A stretch of DNA of 64,000 nt from Candidatus Micrarchaeia archaeon (GTDB lineage Archaea > Micrarchaeota > Micrarchaeia > Burarchaeales > Fermentimicrarchaeaceae): positions 207,847-271,846 of the forward strand of contig JAVZHX010000002.1 of NCBI GenBank assembly GCA_038871515.1, read 5' to 3'. The position numbers and the translations under genes are program-made. Positions 1-10,231 of this stretch are shown here, piece after piece. How positions within the stretch are numbered: position 1 is the stretch's first letter; each line of letters starts with the position of its first letter. The notes beneath the pieces were generated by a model. The model did not search any database and had not been told where the DNA came from. It was given only the letters and a program-made list of their open reading frames with translations.

Positions 1-1802
1 TTCTCAACAATCTCCTCAAGCGGGACGAAGTTCCCAAGCGATTTGCTCATCTTCTCCCCTTTCTCATCAACGAAGAAGCCGTGCATGAGGAGGGTTCTGT
101 AGGGGATTTCATCAAAGGTTATCAAACCGCATCCCAAAAGTGAGTAGAACCATCCCCTTATCTGATCCTTCCCCTCAACTATGAAATCGCACGGATACCA
201 TTTCTTAATTTCCTCTTCTGTAAGAGGAGCCCAGATTGCGTTGCCTGAGTCAAACCAAACATCCAGCACATCAGGAACTCTTTCCATCTGAGCGCCGCAC
301 TCGCACTTTATTTTTATTTCATCAATCTCTGGTTTGTGCAAATCATCAATTCTCCTGCCACTCTGAATTTCAAGCTCTGCGCGGGAGGAAATAACTTTTA
401 TTTTCCTGCATTTCCTGCACTCCCATATCGGAAGGGGTATCCCCCAGTATCTCTGGCGGGAGATGCACCAGTCAGGCGCGTATGTTATGAAATCCTTAAA
501 CCAAACCCTTGCAAACTCAGGCTGCCACCTCACTTTGTTTAACTCAGCAAGCATCCTCTCCTTTATCTTAGTTATCCTTATGAACCACTGGTCTGTTGTT
601 ATGAAAATCAAAGGCGACTTGCATCTCCAGCAGTGTGGGTACCTGTGCTTTATATCACCTGAACTTATCAGCAAACCTTTCCTATCAAGCTCCTCAAGAA
701 TTAGCTTATCTGCCTCCTTTACATACAGCCCTTTGTATTCCCCTGCCTCGCTTGTGTATTTCCCATTCTCACCAACAGGGCAGAAGATGGGAAGGTTGTA
801 CTGCTTTCCAACCTCAAAGTCCTGCGGCCCATGTCCGGGTGCGCAGTGCACCAACCCAGTTCCATCCTCAAGGGTGACAAACTTGTCGCTCATCACAACC
901 CTGTGAGCATCCTTGAACTCCTTCTGCTTTGGAACTTTTTCAATGAGCGGGTGAATGTATTTTAACCCATCAAGTTTCAAACCGCTGAACTCCTCAAGTA
1001 TTATCGGGTTTAAATTGAGTTTCTCTGTTACCGCAATCACCGCGTTCAACCTTTCCTTTGCAACTACCCAAACCTCATTTTCAACTTTCACCTTCACGTA
1101 TTGGTAGTTTGGGTGAACCATAACTGCTATGTTGCCAACAAGCGTCCAGGGAGTTGTTGTCCAAATCACCAAATACTCGTTTTCTTTTCCATGAATTTTG
1201 AATTTCACGTATATTGATGGGTCAACCCTTTCATCGTATTCCAACTCATAATTTGCAATTGCAGTCTCGCACCTTGGGCAGAAAGGCAAAACATAAACCC
1301 CTCTTTCAAGCAGCTCCTTTTCATGTGCTTTCTTTATTGTTTTCCAAACAGACTCGATGTATGAATTCTTGTATGTGACGTAGTGATTCTCCCAGTCAAG
1401 CCAGCATCCCAAGCTTTTGAACTGGTTTGACATCACACCTATATACTTTGTTGCGAACTCCCTGCATCTCTTTATGAATTTGTCAACTCCTATTTTCTGA
1501 ATATCTTTCTTTGATTTCAGCTTGAGCTCCTGCTCAACTTTCACCTCAATTGGCAAGCCATGTGTGTCGTAGCCAGCCTGGTCTCTGACGTTGAACCCCC
1601 TTGCTCTCTTGTATCTGCAAACCGCATCCTTCACGCACTTATTCCAAGCAGTTCCTGGGTGAATCTGCCCTGTTGCATAAGGAGGCCCATCGCAGAAGTA
1701 GAACTTCTTCCCATCCTTCCTCAACTCCTTAACCTTCTTATAGATTTTCTCCTTCTCCCAAAAGTTGTGGATTTTTTTCTCAAGCTTCAGTGGTTCGTAC
1801 AT
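1..1802 (-). CDS. ileS: Isoleucyl-tRNA synthetase (5' part; continues beyond window start)
   Basis: Manual minus-strand translation from ATG at 1802: MYEPLKLEKKIHNFWEKEKIY...FCDGPPYATGQIHPGTAWNK (HIGH region), GYDTHGLPIE, WTTTPWTL, DWCISRQRYWGIP, EGKDQIRGWFYS, KMSKSLGN. Absent from the ORF track because there is no stop inside the window. Confidence 0.95.
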   Translation of the reverse strand, partial: MYEPLKLEKKIHNFWEKEKIYKKVKELRKDGKKFYFCDGPPYATGQIHPGTAWNKCVKDAVCRYKRARGFNVRDQAGYDTHGLPIEVKVEQELKLKSKKDIQKIGVDKFIKRCREFATKYIGVMSNQFKSLGCWLDWENHYVTYKNSYIESVWKTIKKAHEKELLERGVYVLPFCPRCETAIANYELEYDERVDPSIYVKFKIHGKENEYLVIWTTTPWTLVGNIAVMVHPNYQYVKVKVENEVWVVAKERLNAVIAVTEKLNLNPIILEEFSGLKLDGLKYIHPLIEKVPKQKEFKDAHRVVMSDKFVTLEDGTGLVHCAPGHGPQDFEVGKQYNLPIFCPVGENGKYTSEAGEYKGLYVKEADKLILEELDRKGLLISSGDIKHRYPHCWRCKSPLIFITTDQWFIRITKIKERMLAELNKVRWQPEFARVWFKDFITYAPDWCISRQRYWGIPLPIWECRKCRKIKVISSRAELEIQSGRRIDDLHKPEIDEIKIKCECGAQMERVPDVLDVWFDSGNAIWAPLTEEEIKKWYPCDFIVEGKDQIRGWFYSLLGCGLITFDEIPYRTLLMHGFFVDEKGEKMSKSLGNFVPLEEIVE

Positions 1803-1803
1803 G

Positions 1804-2154
1804 CTAAAACCTCTCCTGTATGAAACGCTGAACTATTGGAAGCAGGAAGAATGCTGAGGTGAGCAGTGGGTAGGGGTTGAGCAGGAAGGAGCCGTAGCCT
1901 GCAATCCCGTATGAAAGCAGAGCTGAAAGCACAACAACCCCTGCGAGTAATGAAAAGGATTCGTAGGTGTATTTTATCTTGAACTCCTTCTCCCCAAGCA
2001 TGAGGAGTGTTGCTGAAAGCAGGGAGCAGGAAAATAACAAAAGAAAATTCAGTGGGTTTGCCCTCAAGTCGTGTGAGAATGGGTTCAGGAACCAGACTAT
2101 GAAAATGAGTATGAGGGATGCTCCAGCTGCTTGAGTGAGAAAATCCCAGTCCAT
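1804..2154 (-). CDS. Small integral membrane protein (about 4 TM), unknown function
   Basis: 116-aa hydrophobic ORF ending next to the ileS start. Confidence 0.65.
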   Translation of the reverse strand: MDWDFLTQAAGASLILIFIVWFLNPFSHDLRANPLNFLLLFSCSLLSATLLMLGEKEFKIKYTYESFSLLAGVVVLSALLSYGIAGYGSFLLNPYPLLTSAFFLLPIVQRFIQERF

Positions 2155-2289
2155 GCAATCACTTCCTTAGTTATTTATATAGCATAATTTTTAACTCATT
2201 CGGTAACGCCCAGATTTGAGTATGAAATCTGCTGTTGCAGTATCCTAAGGTATAGGTTTTTAATATTTTCGGATTATAAAGATAATCAT

Positions 2290-3684
2290 ATGAAACCGAT
2301 AAATTTGTTTGTGAACAGGGAGAGGGAGCTTTCCTATCTTAATAAACTGTATAAGAAGAAAGGCAGAAAGCTGGTGATACTCTATGGAAGGAGAAGAGTT
2401 GGAAAGACAGAGCTTATAAACCAGTTTTCAAAAGGCAAAAAAGCGATATATTTTCTAGCGGATAAAAGAGGGACGCTGAGCAACGCCGAGCGGTTCTCAG
2501 CTATATGCGCTGATTACTTCAAGGATACCAGACCAGCGGTGAGGAACTTTGATGATGCTTTTCTATACGTGAAAAAGCATCTGAGAGGAGAGAAGCTTAT
2601 TATAGCAATAGATGAGTTCTCCTATCTTGTGGAGAAAGATGATGGAATTCCATCTGTATTTCAGTTGATTTTTGATGAAATTCTTAAGGGAACAGATGTG
2701 TTTCTCATTCTCTCTGGTTCGAGCATGTCTATGATGTACAGGGGGGCATTGAGCTATGAAAGTCCATTGTACGGCAGGAGAAGTGGCGATTGGATGCTTA
2801 GGGCGATGCCGTTTAGAGATTTCAGTAGATTCTATCCTGGGTTGTCATTTGAGGAGCTTGTTATGGTGTATTCTGTGGTAGGGGGCATACCCGCATATGC
2901 CGTGCATTTTGGTGGGAGGGATGTTTTTGATGCGATAAAGCTCAACGTGCTGAGAAAGGGTGAATTCCTTTACAGCGAGCCAGAAGTCCTTTTGAAGGAA
3001 GAGCTGCGTGAGCCCTCAACGTATTTTGCAATTCTTGAAGCTATGGCTTCCAATGCCAAGCTGACAGATATAGCAAATGCTGCACGTATACCCGCAAAGG
3101 ATATGCCGAAATACCTGAAAGTTTTGGAGGATTTGGATCTTGTATATAAAGCAACGCCGGTGACGGAGAAAAAAACCAGAAAGAGTCTTTATTTCATAAA
3201 GGACAACTTTTTCAATTTCTGGTTCAGATTTGTTTACCCAAGAAAATCTGAGTTGGAGGGAGGAAATGTTGATGAAGTGCTCAAGCTGATAAAGAAGGAT
3301 TTCAATTCGCATGTTGGGAGGGTGTTTGAACAGATCTGCAGGGAATATGTTGAGCAGAAAAAACTAATTCAGTTTAGCAGGGTGGGGAAATGGTGGGGGT
3401 ATCTGCGAGAGAAGGGGAGGAGAAGGGTTGAGGAGATAGATGTTGTGGCGTTGGATGAAAGCAGCAGGAAAATTCTATTTGGGGAGTGCAAGTGGCAGGA
3501 GAAGGTTGATGGGTATTCTGTTTTGAGTTCATTGAAAGAAAAGGCAGAGAAGGTGGAGTGGCATAAGGAAGAGAGGGAGGAGCAGTTTGTTGTTTTTGCA
3601 AAAAGTTTTGCTGGGAAACCAAAGGAGAAGAATTGTCTTTTTTTAGATGCGGTGGATTTGGGGAGATGGGTTAGGAGTGGTTAG
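2290..3684 (+). CDS. Archaeal ATPase (COG1672-type) with DUF234 / C-terminal PD-(D/E)xK nuclease-like domain
   Basis: FVNREREL, Walker A GRRRVGKT, Walker B IAIDEF, DNFFNFWFRF, C-terminal EIDVV...GECKW. Confidence 0.88.
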   Translation: MKPINLFVNRERELSYLNKLYKKKGRKLVILYGRRRVGKTELINQFSKGKKAIYFLADKRGTLSNAERFSAICADYFKDTRPAVRNFDDAFLYVKKHLRGEKLIIAIDEFSYLVEKDDGIPSVFQLIFDEILKGTDVFLILSGSSMSMMYRGALSYESPLYGRRSGDWMLRAMPFRDFSRFYPGLSFEELVMVYSVVGGIPAYAVHFGGRDVFDAIKLNVLRKGEFLYSEPEVLLKEELREPSTYFAILEAMASNAKLTDIANAARIPAKDMPKYLKVLEDLDLVYKATPVTEKKTRKSLYFIKDNFFNFWFRFVYPRKSELEGGNVDEVLKLIKKDFNSHVGRVFEQICREYVEQKKLIQFSRVGKWWGYLREKGRRRVEEIDVVALDESSRKILFGECKWQEKVDGYSVLSSLKEKAEKVEWHKEEREEQFVVFAKSFAGKPKEKNCLFLDAVDLGRWVRSG

Positions 3685-3803
3685 TTGATAGGGAAAGCAG
3701 TTTCCTGAGGCAGCGTGTTCACCCCTACTTATTTATATATTTTGAGTATACAATTGTTCATTCCCATTCTGGAGGAGCGTGGGAGTTGTTTGTGAGGTGC
3801 GCT

Positions 3804-4766
3804 ATGGAGTTTGACTTGCCTTGGACTGAGAAGTACAGGCCGAAGACGCTTGATGAGGTGATTGGGCAGGCTGAGATAGTGGAGAGGATGAAAGCATATG
3901 TGAAGTCAAAGAACATACCGCATATGCTGTTTGCTGGCCCTGCTGGAGTTGGAAAAACAACTGTTGCGCTTGCGCTTGCCCGTGATTTGTTTAAGGAGCA
4001 CTACGCCCAGTCGTTTTTGGAGCTGAATGCGAGCGATGAGAGGGGAATTGATGTTGTGAGGGGAAGGATTAAGGATTTTGCAAGGACGCTTCCTTTGACT
4101 GATGTCCCTTTCAAGATAATTCTTCTTGATGAGGCGGATGCATTGACGCCGGATGCGCAGCATGCGCTGAGGAGGACGATGGAGATGTTTTCAGGCGCGA
4201 CGCGTTTCATCCTCAGCTGCAACTATTCATCAAAGGTGATTGAGCCGATACAGAGCCGTTGCGCGGTTTTCAGGTTTAAGCATCTTTCTGAGCATGAGAT
4301 GAGGGAGATGGTGAAGAGAATTGCGAAGGCTGAGAAGGTTGATTTGCATGAGGATGCGGTGGAAGCATTGATTTACATTTCTGAGGGGGATATGAGGAAA
4401 GTTATAAATGCGCTGCAAGGTGCGGCTGCGCTTGGGAAGAAGATAACAAAGGAAACTATCTTCAAGGTTTCATCAAGGGCAAAGCCAGAGGAGATAAGGC
4501 AGATGCTTGAGCTTGCTTTGAAGGGGAAGTTCATTGAAGCAAGAGAGAAGCTGGATAAGGTGATGGTGGAGTATGGGATGAGCGGGGAGGATGTGCTCAT
4601 TCAGGTTTACAGGGAGATAACCTCGCTGGATATTCCTGATAGGGCGAAGGTGAGCTTGGTTGATAAAGTTGGTGAATACAACTTCAGGATGGTGGAGGGA
4701 GCAAACGAAAGGATACAGCTGGAAGCATTGCTTGCGCAGATAATGCTTATTGGTTGCGAGAAGTGA
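3804..4766 (+). CDS. rfcS: Replication factor C small subunit
   Basis: PWTEKYRP, GPAGVGKT, ELNASDERG, LDEAD, SRC motif; ATG at 3804 follows a GAGGTG RBS. Confidence 0.96.
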   Translation: MEFDLPWTEKYRPKTLDEVIGQAEIVERMKAYVKSKNIPHMLFAGPAGVGKTTVALALARDLFKEHYAQSFLELNASDERGIDVVRGRIKDFARTLPLTDVPFKIILLDEADALTPDAQHALRRTMEMFSGATRFILSCNYSSKVIEPIQSRCAVFRFKHLSEHEMREMVKRIAKAEKVDLHEDAVEALIYISEGDMRKVINALQGAAALGKKITKETIFKVSSRAKPEEIRQMLELALKGKFIEAREKLDKVMVEYGMSGEDVLIQVYREITSLDIPDRAKVSLVDKVGEYNFRMVEGANERIQLEALLAQIMLIGCEK

Positions 4767-5940
4767 GCTTTTGGAATTTTTTTAATAATCTGAGGTATTT
4801 CTTTTCAACAACATCCCAGGAGTAGTTCTTCTCAACGTATTTCTTTCCGTTCTCACCAAGCTTTCTTCTTAATTCTCTATCTGAGAGAAGCAGGTTCATG
4901 CACTCCTTGAATTCATCATAGTTTTCATACCACAAGCCACCGTTGCTTCTTACGCAGTGCCCCTTCAGAACGTCGCATAAGCCATTTACAAGGACAGGTG
5001 TTTCTGAAAGCATCGCTTCGAGAGTCACCAGGGAGAGGCTTTCCAAATAGGATGGCATTATGAGGAAGCGGGCTGATTTAAGAAGGGCGGATTTTTCAAT
5101 TTCTGAAACAAAACCGATGAATCTTACTGATGGATGGCGCGGGATTGGTATGTGCTGGGAGCCTGCAAGAACCAGCTCAATGTCATTTTTTGTTTCTTTT
5201 TTGTATTTTATGAAGTAGTCAAAAAGTTCATGGCACCCTTTTGCTCCGTCAACTCTTCCAATGTAGAGGATGAAGGGTTTATGAAGGGAGAACTTGTGGG
5301 TTATCTGTTTTCTCTGCTTGTTTGTTACTGGGTGGATATCAATGCCACAACCAATTGTGTCGTTTATTTTTTTCAAACCCGGCACTTTTCTTTCTATTAA
5401 ACTTTTTTCCTCAGGTGAATTGAATACAAGCGCAGAGGCAAGATGGAAGATTTCTTTTGAAACAGCCAAATCCAGAGCGCCGTCATTCTCGGCAAGAGGT
5501 ATCAGTATGCTTTTTTTCGCTACTGAAGGCAAACCATAAAATGTTGGGAAGTACCTAAAAGTGAAAAAGATAAAGATATCATATTCTCTCTTATGTTCTC
5601 GTACATACTCTACTAGAGCTGGGGAATATGGTCCTTGCTCCTTTACCCATTCAAGCTCATCTTTGTAGTCATGAGCTGGATCGTATAGTATCTTCTCGGT
5701 GAGTAGGAATCGGTTTATATTTCTTTGGTGAGAGTTTCTAAAACGTCTTACAGAAACGCCGTTTATATCTTCCATTCCTTCTCTTAATTCATTTTTCCAT
5801 AAAATGTAATCTCTCGCACAAGTGGTTAAAACTTCCACATTATGAAACTTCGAGAGATGTTCTGCAACTTTTCTTGCAAGCTGTTCCGCACCACCTACCA
5901 CATCAAGCCCGTATCGTTGAATAACAATTGCTATTTTCAA
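4747..5940 (-). CDS. Glycosyltransferase family 4
   Basis: GGAEQL N-terminal motif, YIGRVDGAKG, PSYLESLSLVTLEAM. Confidence 0.9.
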   Translation of the reverse strand: MKIAIVIQRYGLDVVGGAEQLARKVAEHLSKFHNVEVLTTCARDYILWKNELREGMEDINGVSVRRFRNSHQRNINRFLLTEKILYDPAHDYKDELEWVKEQGPYSPALVEYVREHKREYDIFIFFTFRYFPTFYGLPSVAKKSILIPLAENDGALDLAVSKEIFHLASALVFNSPEEKSLIERKVPGLKKINDTIGCGIDIHPVTNKQRKQITHKFSLHKPFILYIGRVDGAKGCHELFDYFIKYKKETKNDIELVLAGSQHIPIPRHPSVRFIGFVSEIEKSALLKSARFLIMPSYLESLSLVTLEAMLSETPVLVNGLCDVLKGHCVRSNGGLWYENYDEFKECMNLLLSDRELRRKLGENGKKYVEKNYSWDVVEKKYLRLLKKFQKLTSRNQ

Positions 5941-8318
5941 GTTTTCACCCTATTAATTATTGAATTCCTGGCTTGTTTTGCTATTTCGCCCCAATCGAAA
6001 TAGCATGCTTTTTCTCTTGCATTATGACGAAGTTTTTCTTGCAATTTTGAATCTTCGAGTAATTTGACGAGATTTTTTTCAAAAAGCTTTATATTGGAGA
6101 TAAGAACTTCGTTTCCATTCTTCAGGTTTAAACCTCTAGCACCTATAGCAGTTGAGACTATTGGAATGCCCACAGCCATAAACTCCAACATCTTGAGATT
6201 TGAACCGGACCCACTTAGCATTGGGTTTATTGCGACATCGGATAATTTGTACAACTCTTCTTTCTCTTCATCGCTTACAGTAGTGAATAGTAAGACATTT
6301 TTGGGTATTTTTGATTGGGGGTGGGTTTGTAGGTAGTAGTCTGCAACACTACCAATTATAAAAAAGTAGACTTCTGGGAGCTTGTGGGATAATGCTATTA
6401 TGAATTCAAGTGCTTCCAGATTTGGGGGATGCCAACTGCCTACGAACACGACCACCTTGTGGTTCCCCAGACCATACTTTTTCTTTTGTTTTATTTTTTC
6501 TCTCATAGTTATGAATTTTATATTTTTCAAATCAACTCCGTTAGGTATAACAATTATTTTCTCCTGCGGAACTCCATATAATTTTATAAACTGTTCCTTA
6601 TCCTCTTTAGAGACTGAGAAGATTAAGTCCGATTTGAGACATGTTTTCTGTTCGATGTCAAAGACTTTTTTTACCAGCGCAGTTCCACTCTTCGAATTTT
6701 TGAGGAAGTTTTTTTTAAGAAGATATTCGACATTGTGGCTATCGTATATTTTGATTTTATCTTCATCAGCTAACTTTGAGAGATTGAACAAGTAAGGATG
6801 AGAGAATACCAAGATGGAGGCTTCATCTATATGCTCTCTAGCCATTTTCATAAATTCTTCAGAAAGAGCAAAGGAATCAATTAGACAGATGTCGTGAAGT
6901 GGAATCCCTGTTTCTCTTTCAACTTTGAATTTTTGTTCTGCCTGCACTCTATTTTCAGATATGCATATCTGAGTCAATCCATTTTCAAGGATTTTTGAGT
7001 AGGAAGGTTTATTCATCTCAACTAGTGAAAGAATAGTAATATCAAAATATTTTGCAAGGTTTTTGTATAAATTATACAACCTTACTTGACCGCCATGGAG
7101 CGCAGGGTAGGATGAGTAGGTGGAGAAGACAACCATTTTGGTTTTTTCTCTTTTTTCTCCCAACAGTTCCAACGTCGTATCTTCCCAGTTTATTTTCTTA
7201 GCCAAATCGTAGCCTGCTTCCCCCATACGTCTAGCTTCGGCTTTATTTGCTATTAAAAAATTTATCTTTTCAGCAATACTCTGTGGGTCTGGTTTCACCA
7301 CAAAGCCATTTACTCCGTCTTTTATCAGTTCAGTTGGTCCTCCACTGTCTGTTAGCGTTATAACTGGTTTCTTGTGAGCAAAAGCTTCGAGTGGCACAAG
7401 TCCCAAGTCTTCATCATAGGGGGTGTATAAGATAGCTAATGCGTTAGAGTATAAGTCTTCAAGCTCATCTTGTTCCACAAAACCAGTGAATTCAATTCTT
7501 CTGTCATTTTTTGCCATCTTCACAAGTTCATCATATAATGGTCCATCACCAACTACTTTTAATTTTATTTCTTTTGGGACATAACACATGGCCTTAATCG
7601 ACAGATCCACTCTTTTTGGGGCATCAAGCCTGTTTACCGTTAATAAGTAATCATATTCTTCGCTTTTGTTGGTTAGCGATGTAGGTGGCACGTATATAGT
7701 CTTTGCTTTTACCCCGGTGGGGAGGTAGCCCCGAAGTTTGACAGTGTTTGATATTGTGTTAAAACTCCTTATTTTTTTGTGGGAGAGTGCAACATCATCC
7801 ATAAAATGGATTATTTTTCTTATGAATGGGCCAGGCAACTTAAAAAGATCTGCCCATTCTTTATGGAGTTTGCTTTCTTTTTTTAATCTGGAGAGAAGGT
7901 TGAATAGACGAGTTATGTTCGAATCAGTTGGATCTGATTGGGTGACTTGTAGTATTTCTCTAGCTAACTTACAACATTCAAGTATTTTTTTGTCTACTCC
8001 GAGAGGTTCAGTAGGTGGATAGGTATCATAGAGACCTCTAAGCTTGTGAGCCATCCATAGCACATGGTTTTTGTGCCTAATCATCCACGCAGGATATTTT
8101 GTTGTTATAATCATATCAAAATTGGATAGGTCTAGATCATAAAATTTTTTATAGGATTCAACTAAGTCCCAAAATGTGTGTTCTTTAGTGGGAACCTCTA
8201 CAAGCTCTGCTTTGTGCTTTGTGTATTCATTTATGCTAGCAACAAGGTTAAAGAGAAGGTTTTCAAGACCTCCAAAAATTGGGGGTGTGGGGGCGGGCCA
8301 AACAACTGCTATTTTCAT
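5937..8318 (-). CDS. Two-domain GT4 glycosyltransferase (fusion)
   Basis: Two GT-B modules: EDLGLVPLEAF and GSGSNLKMLEFM; likely start MKIAVVWP at 8318. Confidence 0.88.
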   Translation of the reverse strand: MKIAVVWPAPTPPIFGGLENLLFNLVASINEYTKHKAELVEVPTKEHTFWDLVESYKKFYDLDLSNFDMIITTKYPAWMIRHKNHVLWMAHKLRGLYDTYPPTEPLGVDKKILECCKLAREILQVTQSDPTDSNITRLFNLLSRLKKESKLHKEWADLFKLPGPFIRKIIHFMDDVALSHKKIRSFNTISNTVKLRGYLPTGVKAKTIYVPPTSLTNKSEEYDYLLTVNRLDAPKRVDLSIKAMCYVPKEIKLKVVGDGPLYDELVKMAKNDRRIEFTGFVEQDELEDLYSNALAILYTPYDEDLGLVPLEAFAHKKPVITLTDSGGPTELIKDGVNGFVVKPDPQSIAEKINFLIANKAEARRMGEAGYDLAKKINWEDTTLELLGEKREKTKMVVFSTYSSYPALHGGQVRLYNLYKNLAKYFDITILSLVEMNKPSYSKILENGLTQICISENRVQAEQKFKVERETGIPLHDICLIDSFALSEEFMKMAREHIDEASILVFSHPYLFNLSKLADEDKIKIYDSHNVEYLLKKNFLKNSKSGTALVKKVFDIEQKTCLKSDLIFSVSKEDKEQFIKLYGVPQEKIIVIPNGVDLKNIKFITMREKIKQKKKYGLGNHKVVVFVGSWHPPNLEALEFIIALSHKLPEVYFFIIGSVADYYLQTHPQSKIPKNVLLFTTVSDEEKEELYKLSDVAINPMLSGSGSNLKMLEFMAVGIPIVSTAIGARGLNLKNGNEVLISNIKLFEKNLVKLLEDSKLQEKLRHNAREKACYFDWGEIAKQARNSIINRVKT

Positions 8319-8340
8319 AGATAACCACTTCAACTCGCAA

Positions 8341-8754
8341 CTAGCGTCGTCTAGTTTTTCTAATAGATGTATGGACATATTTCTTCATTTTGTATATTTC
8401 TTTGGATAGTAAAGTCAAAACACCAAGAACGCGTATGTTAAATTTCTTCTGTTTAGAGAATACTGGATCCACATACCTCCGTACTTCACCATGAACTAAA
8501 CTCCTTCCGCTAGTGAGAATAGGGCCAAGTAGCTTTCTATGTGATGAAATGTGGTAGCTTCTATTCTCTATGTCTAACTCCGCACGCATCAACTCTAATT
8601 CTTTTTCCACGTCGGAGAGATCCGTCAGCTCTGTATGATATTCTGAACTCTCCGCCCCCCTTCTTTTTCGTATATTTGCTCTAATCTTTTCCATTATTTT
8701 TTGTACATTTATTTCATTTGAGCTTTTGATGTCGGATTTATCTTTGGTTCTCAT
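8341..8754 (-). CDS. Hypothetical coiled-coil protein associated with Wzm/Wzt
   Basis: 137 aa, helical and charged, with an SHRKLLGP...RRYVDPVFSKQKKFN segment; overlaps the wzt stop. Confidence 0.6.
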   Translation of the reverse strand: MRTKDKSDIKSSNEINVQKIMEKIRANIRKRRGAESSEYHTELTDLSDVEKELELMRAELDIENRSYHISSHRKLLGPILTSGRSLVHGEVRRYVDPVFSKQKKFNIRVLGVLTLLSKEIYKMKKYVHTSIRKTRRR

Positions 8755-9466
8755 ATAACTTTATCACCTCCTCGTTATTCCCAAGTGCGATTTGTTCTCC
8801 TCGACGTAGTAATAGAACTCTGTCGCAAAACTTCTTTATTATATTTAGATTATGGGAGACTATCAACATAGTTATTTTCTTTTTTCTGAACTCCTCAAAC
8901 TTCTCAAAGCATTTCTGCTGAAACTCCATATCACCAACTGCAAGCACTTCATCAACAAGCAGTATTTCTGGGTTTGTTTGTATTGCGGTTGAGAAAGCCA
9001 GTCTTACCTGCATGCCTGAGGAGAGGTTTTTCAGCTTTGCATCAACAAACCTCTCCAAACCAGCAAAGTTTATTATTTGGTTGAACTTTCTGTCCAATTC
9101 CTTGTCGCTCATTCCCATCAGTGCTCCGTATAGGTATACGTTCTCTTTGGCAGTCATATCTGGGTGGAAGCCAACTCCGAGCTCAAGAAAAGCCGTGAGC
9201 CTTCCATTCACCTTTATCTCTCCTTTTGTTGGGCGTATGACGTTTGTTATCAAATTCAGCAGCGTTGTTTTCCCACTTCCGTTTTCCCCAATTATTCCAA
9301 GTGACTCCCCTTTTGCAACTGAGAAGTTTATTTCCTTCAGCGCCCAAAACTCCTCGTAGGTTGTTTTTTTATGCAGTTTTGTCAGCATCTCAAATACCGT
9401 TGTCCTCTTCTCATGAGGAAGTATGAATTTCTTCCAAAGGTTTTTCACTTCCACTGCAGTTTCCAA
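8738..9466 (-). CDS. wzt: Polysaccharide ABC exporter ATP-binding subunit (Wzt/TagH-like), no C-terminal carbohydrate-binding domain
   Basis: FWALKEINF, GENGSGKT, LSSGMQVRLAFS, DEVLAVGD, VSH. Confidence 0.9.
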   Translation of the reverse strand: METAVEVKNLWKKFILPHEKRTTVFEMLTKLHKKTTYEEFWALKEINFSVAKGESLGIIGENGSGKTTLLNLITNVIRPTKGEIKVNGRLTAFLELGVGFHPDMTAKENVYLYGALMGMSDKELDRKFNQIINFAGLERFVDAKLKNLSSGMQVRLAFSTAIQTNPEILLVDEVLAVGDMEFQQKCFEKFEEFRKKKITMLIVSHNLNIIKKFCDRVLLLRRGEQIALGNNEEVIKLYENQR

Positions 9467-10231
9467 TTAAACCTCCTCCGCAAACCTTGGCTCAAGTTTG
9501 ATAAACACAAAATAACCAATTGCAAGTGAAAGAATGGCAGCCAGATACACAATTCCGAAATCTGGGAGAGTTGGTAGGGTGTTATAAAGAATTGTTTTTC
9601 TTGAAGCCTCTATTGCCCTTGCCAGTGGGTTGAGCATGAAAAACTCAAAGTATTCTGCTGGGTAGATTGTTGTGGGGTAGATTACTGGGGAGAGGAAGAA
9701 GAGGGCTCTGAGGAGAACTGCCCAGATGTATTGCACGTCTCTGTAGTAAACGTTCAGGGAAGCAAGCGCAAATCCAATTCCAAGCGCTATGAGGAACTCT
9801 CCAATTAAGATGAATGGGAAGAGGAGGAAAGTGGGGGTTATGGGAATTCCGGAGATGAGAAGGAGGATGAAGAAAATCACAAGCTCAAAAATTATCATAA
9901 AGAGCGCTGTGATGCATCTCCCAAGCACAAGCGTTTCTCTTGGTATGTATATTTTTTTGACAAGGCTTGGCTTGTCGGTTATGCTTGTCATTCCCATCAT
10001 TGTCGCCTTCTCAAAAAGGTCCCAGCAGACTATCCCCAAAAAAAGAAAGAGGTAGTAGTGCCCCACCTGCAAATCCATCACGTAGTAAAAAACAAGGTAG
10101 AGGACTGCGAAGATGAGCAGCGGCTCAAGGAGGGACCAGAAAACCCCAAGCAGCGAATTCTTGTATCTGAGCTTGAGGTCGCTTAACGCAATCTTCTTTG
10201 TTATTCTCCAATAATCTGAGAGCTGTGTCAT
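9467..10231 (-). CDS. wzm: Polysaccharide ABC exporter permease (Wzm/TagG-like)
   Basis: [37 protein letters not shown]-terminal RFAEEV. Confidence 0.9.
   Translation of the reverse strand: MTQLSDYWRITKKIALSDLKLRYKNSLLGVFWSLLEPLLIFAVLYLVFYYVMDLQVGHYYLFLFLGIVCWDLFEKATMMGMTSITDKPSLVKKIYIPRETLVLGRCITALFMIIFELVIFFILLLISGIPITPTFLLFPFILIGEFLIALGIGFALASLNVYYRDVQYIWAVLLRALFFLSPVIYPTTIYPAEYFEFFMLNPLARAIEASRKTILYNTLPTLPDFGIVYLAAILSLAIGYFVFIKLEPRFAEEV

Noticed and set aside
1645-1665. IleRS HIGH motif reads HPGT
   Set aside because: H-x-G-T variants are ordinary in archaeal IleRS
2165-3750. Similar CCT.[AG].TTATTTATATA and GCAGT.TCCT.AGG strings on both sides of the DUF234 ATPase
   Set aside because: The matches are short, appear in different order on each side and are largely explained by TATA boxes; not enough to call att sites
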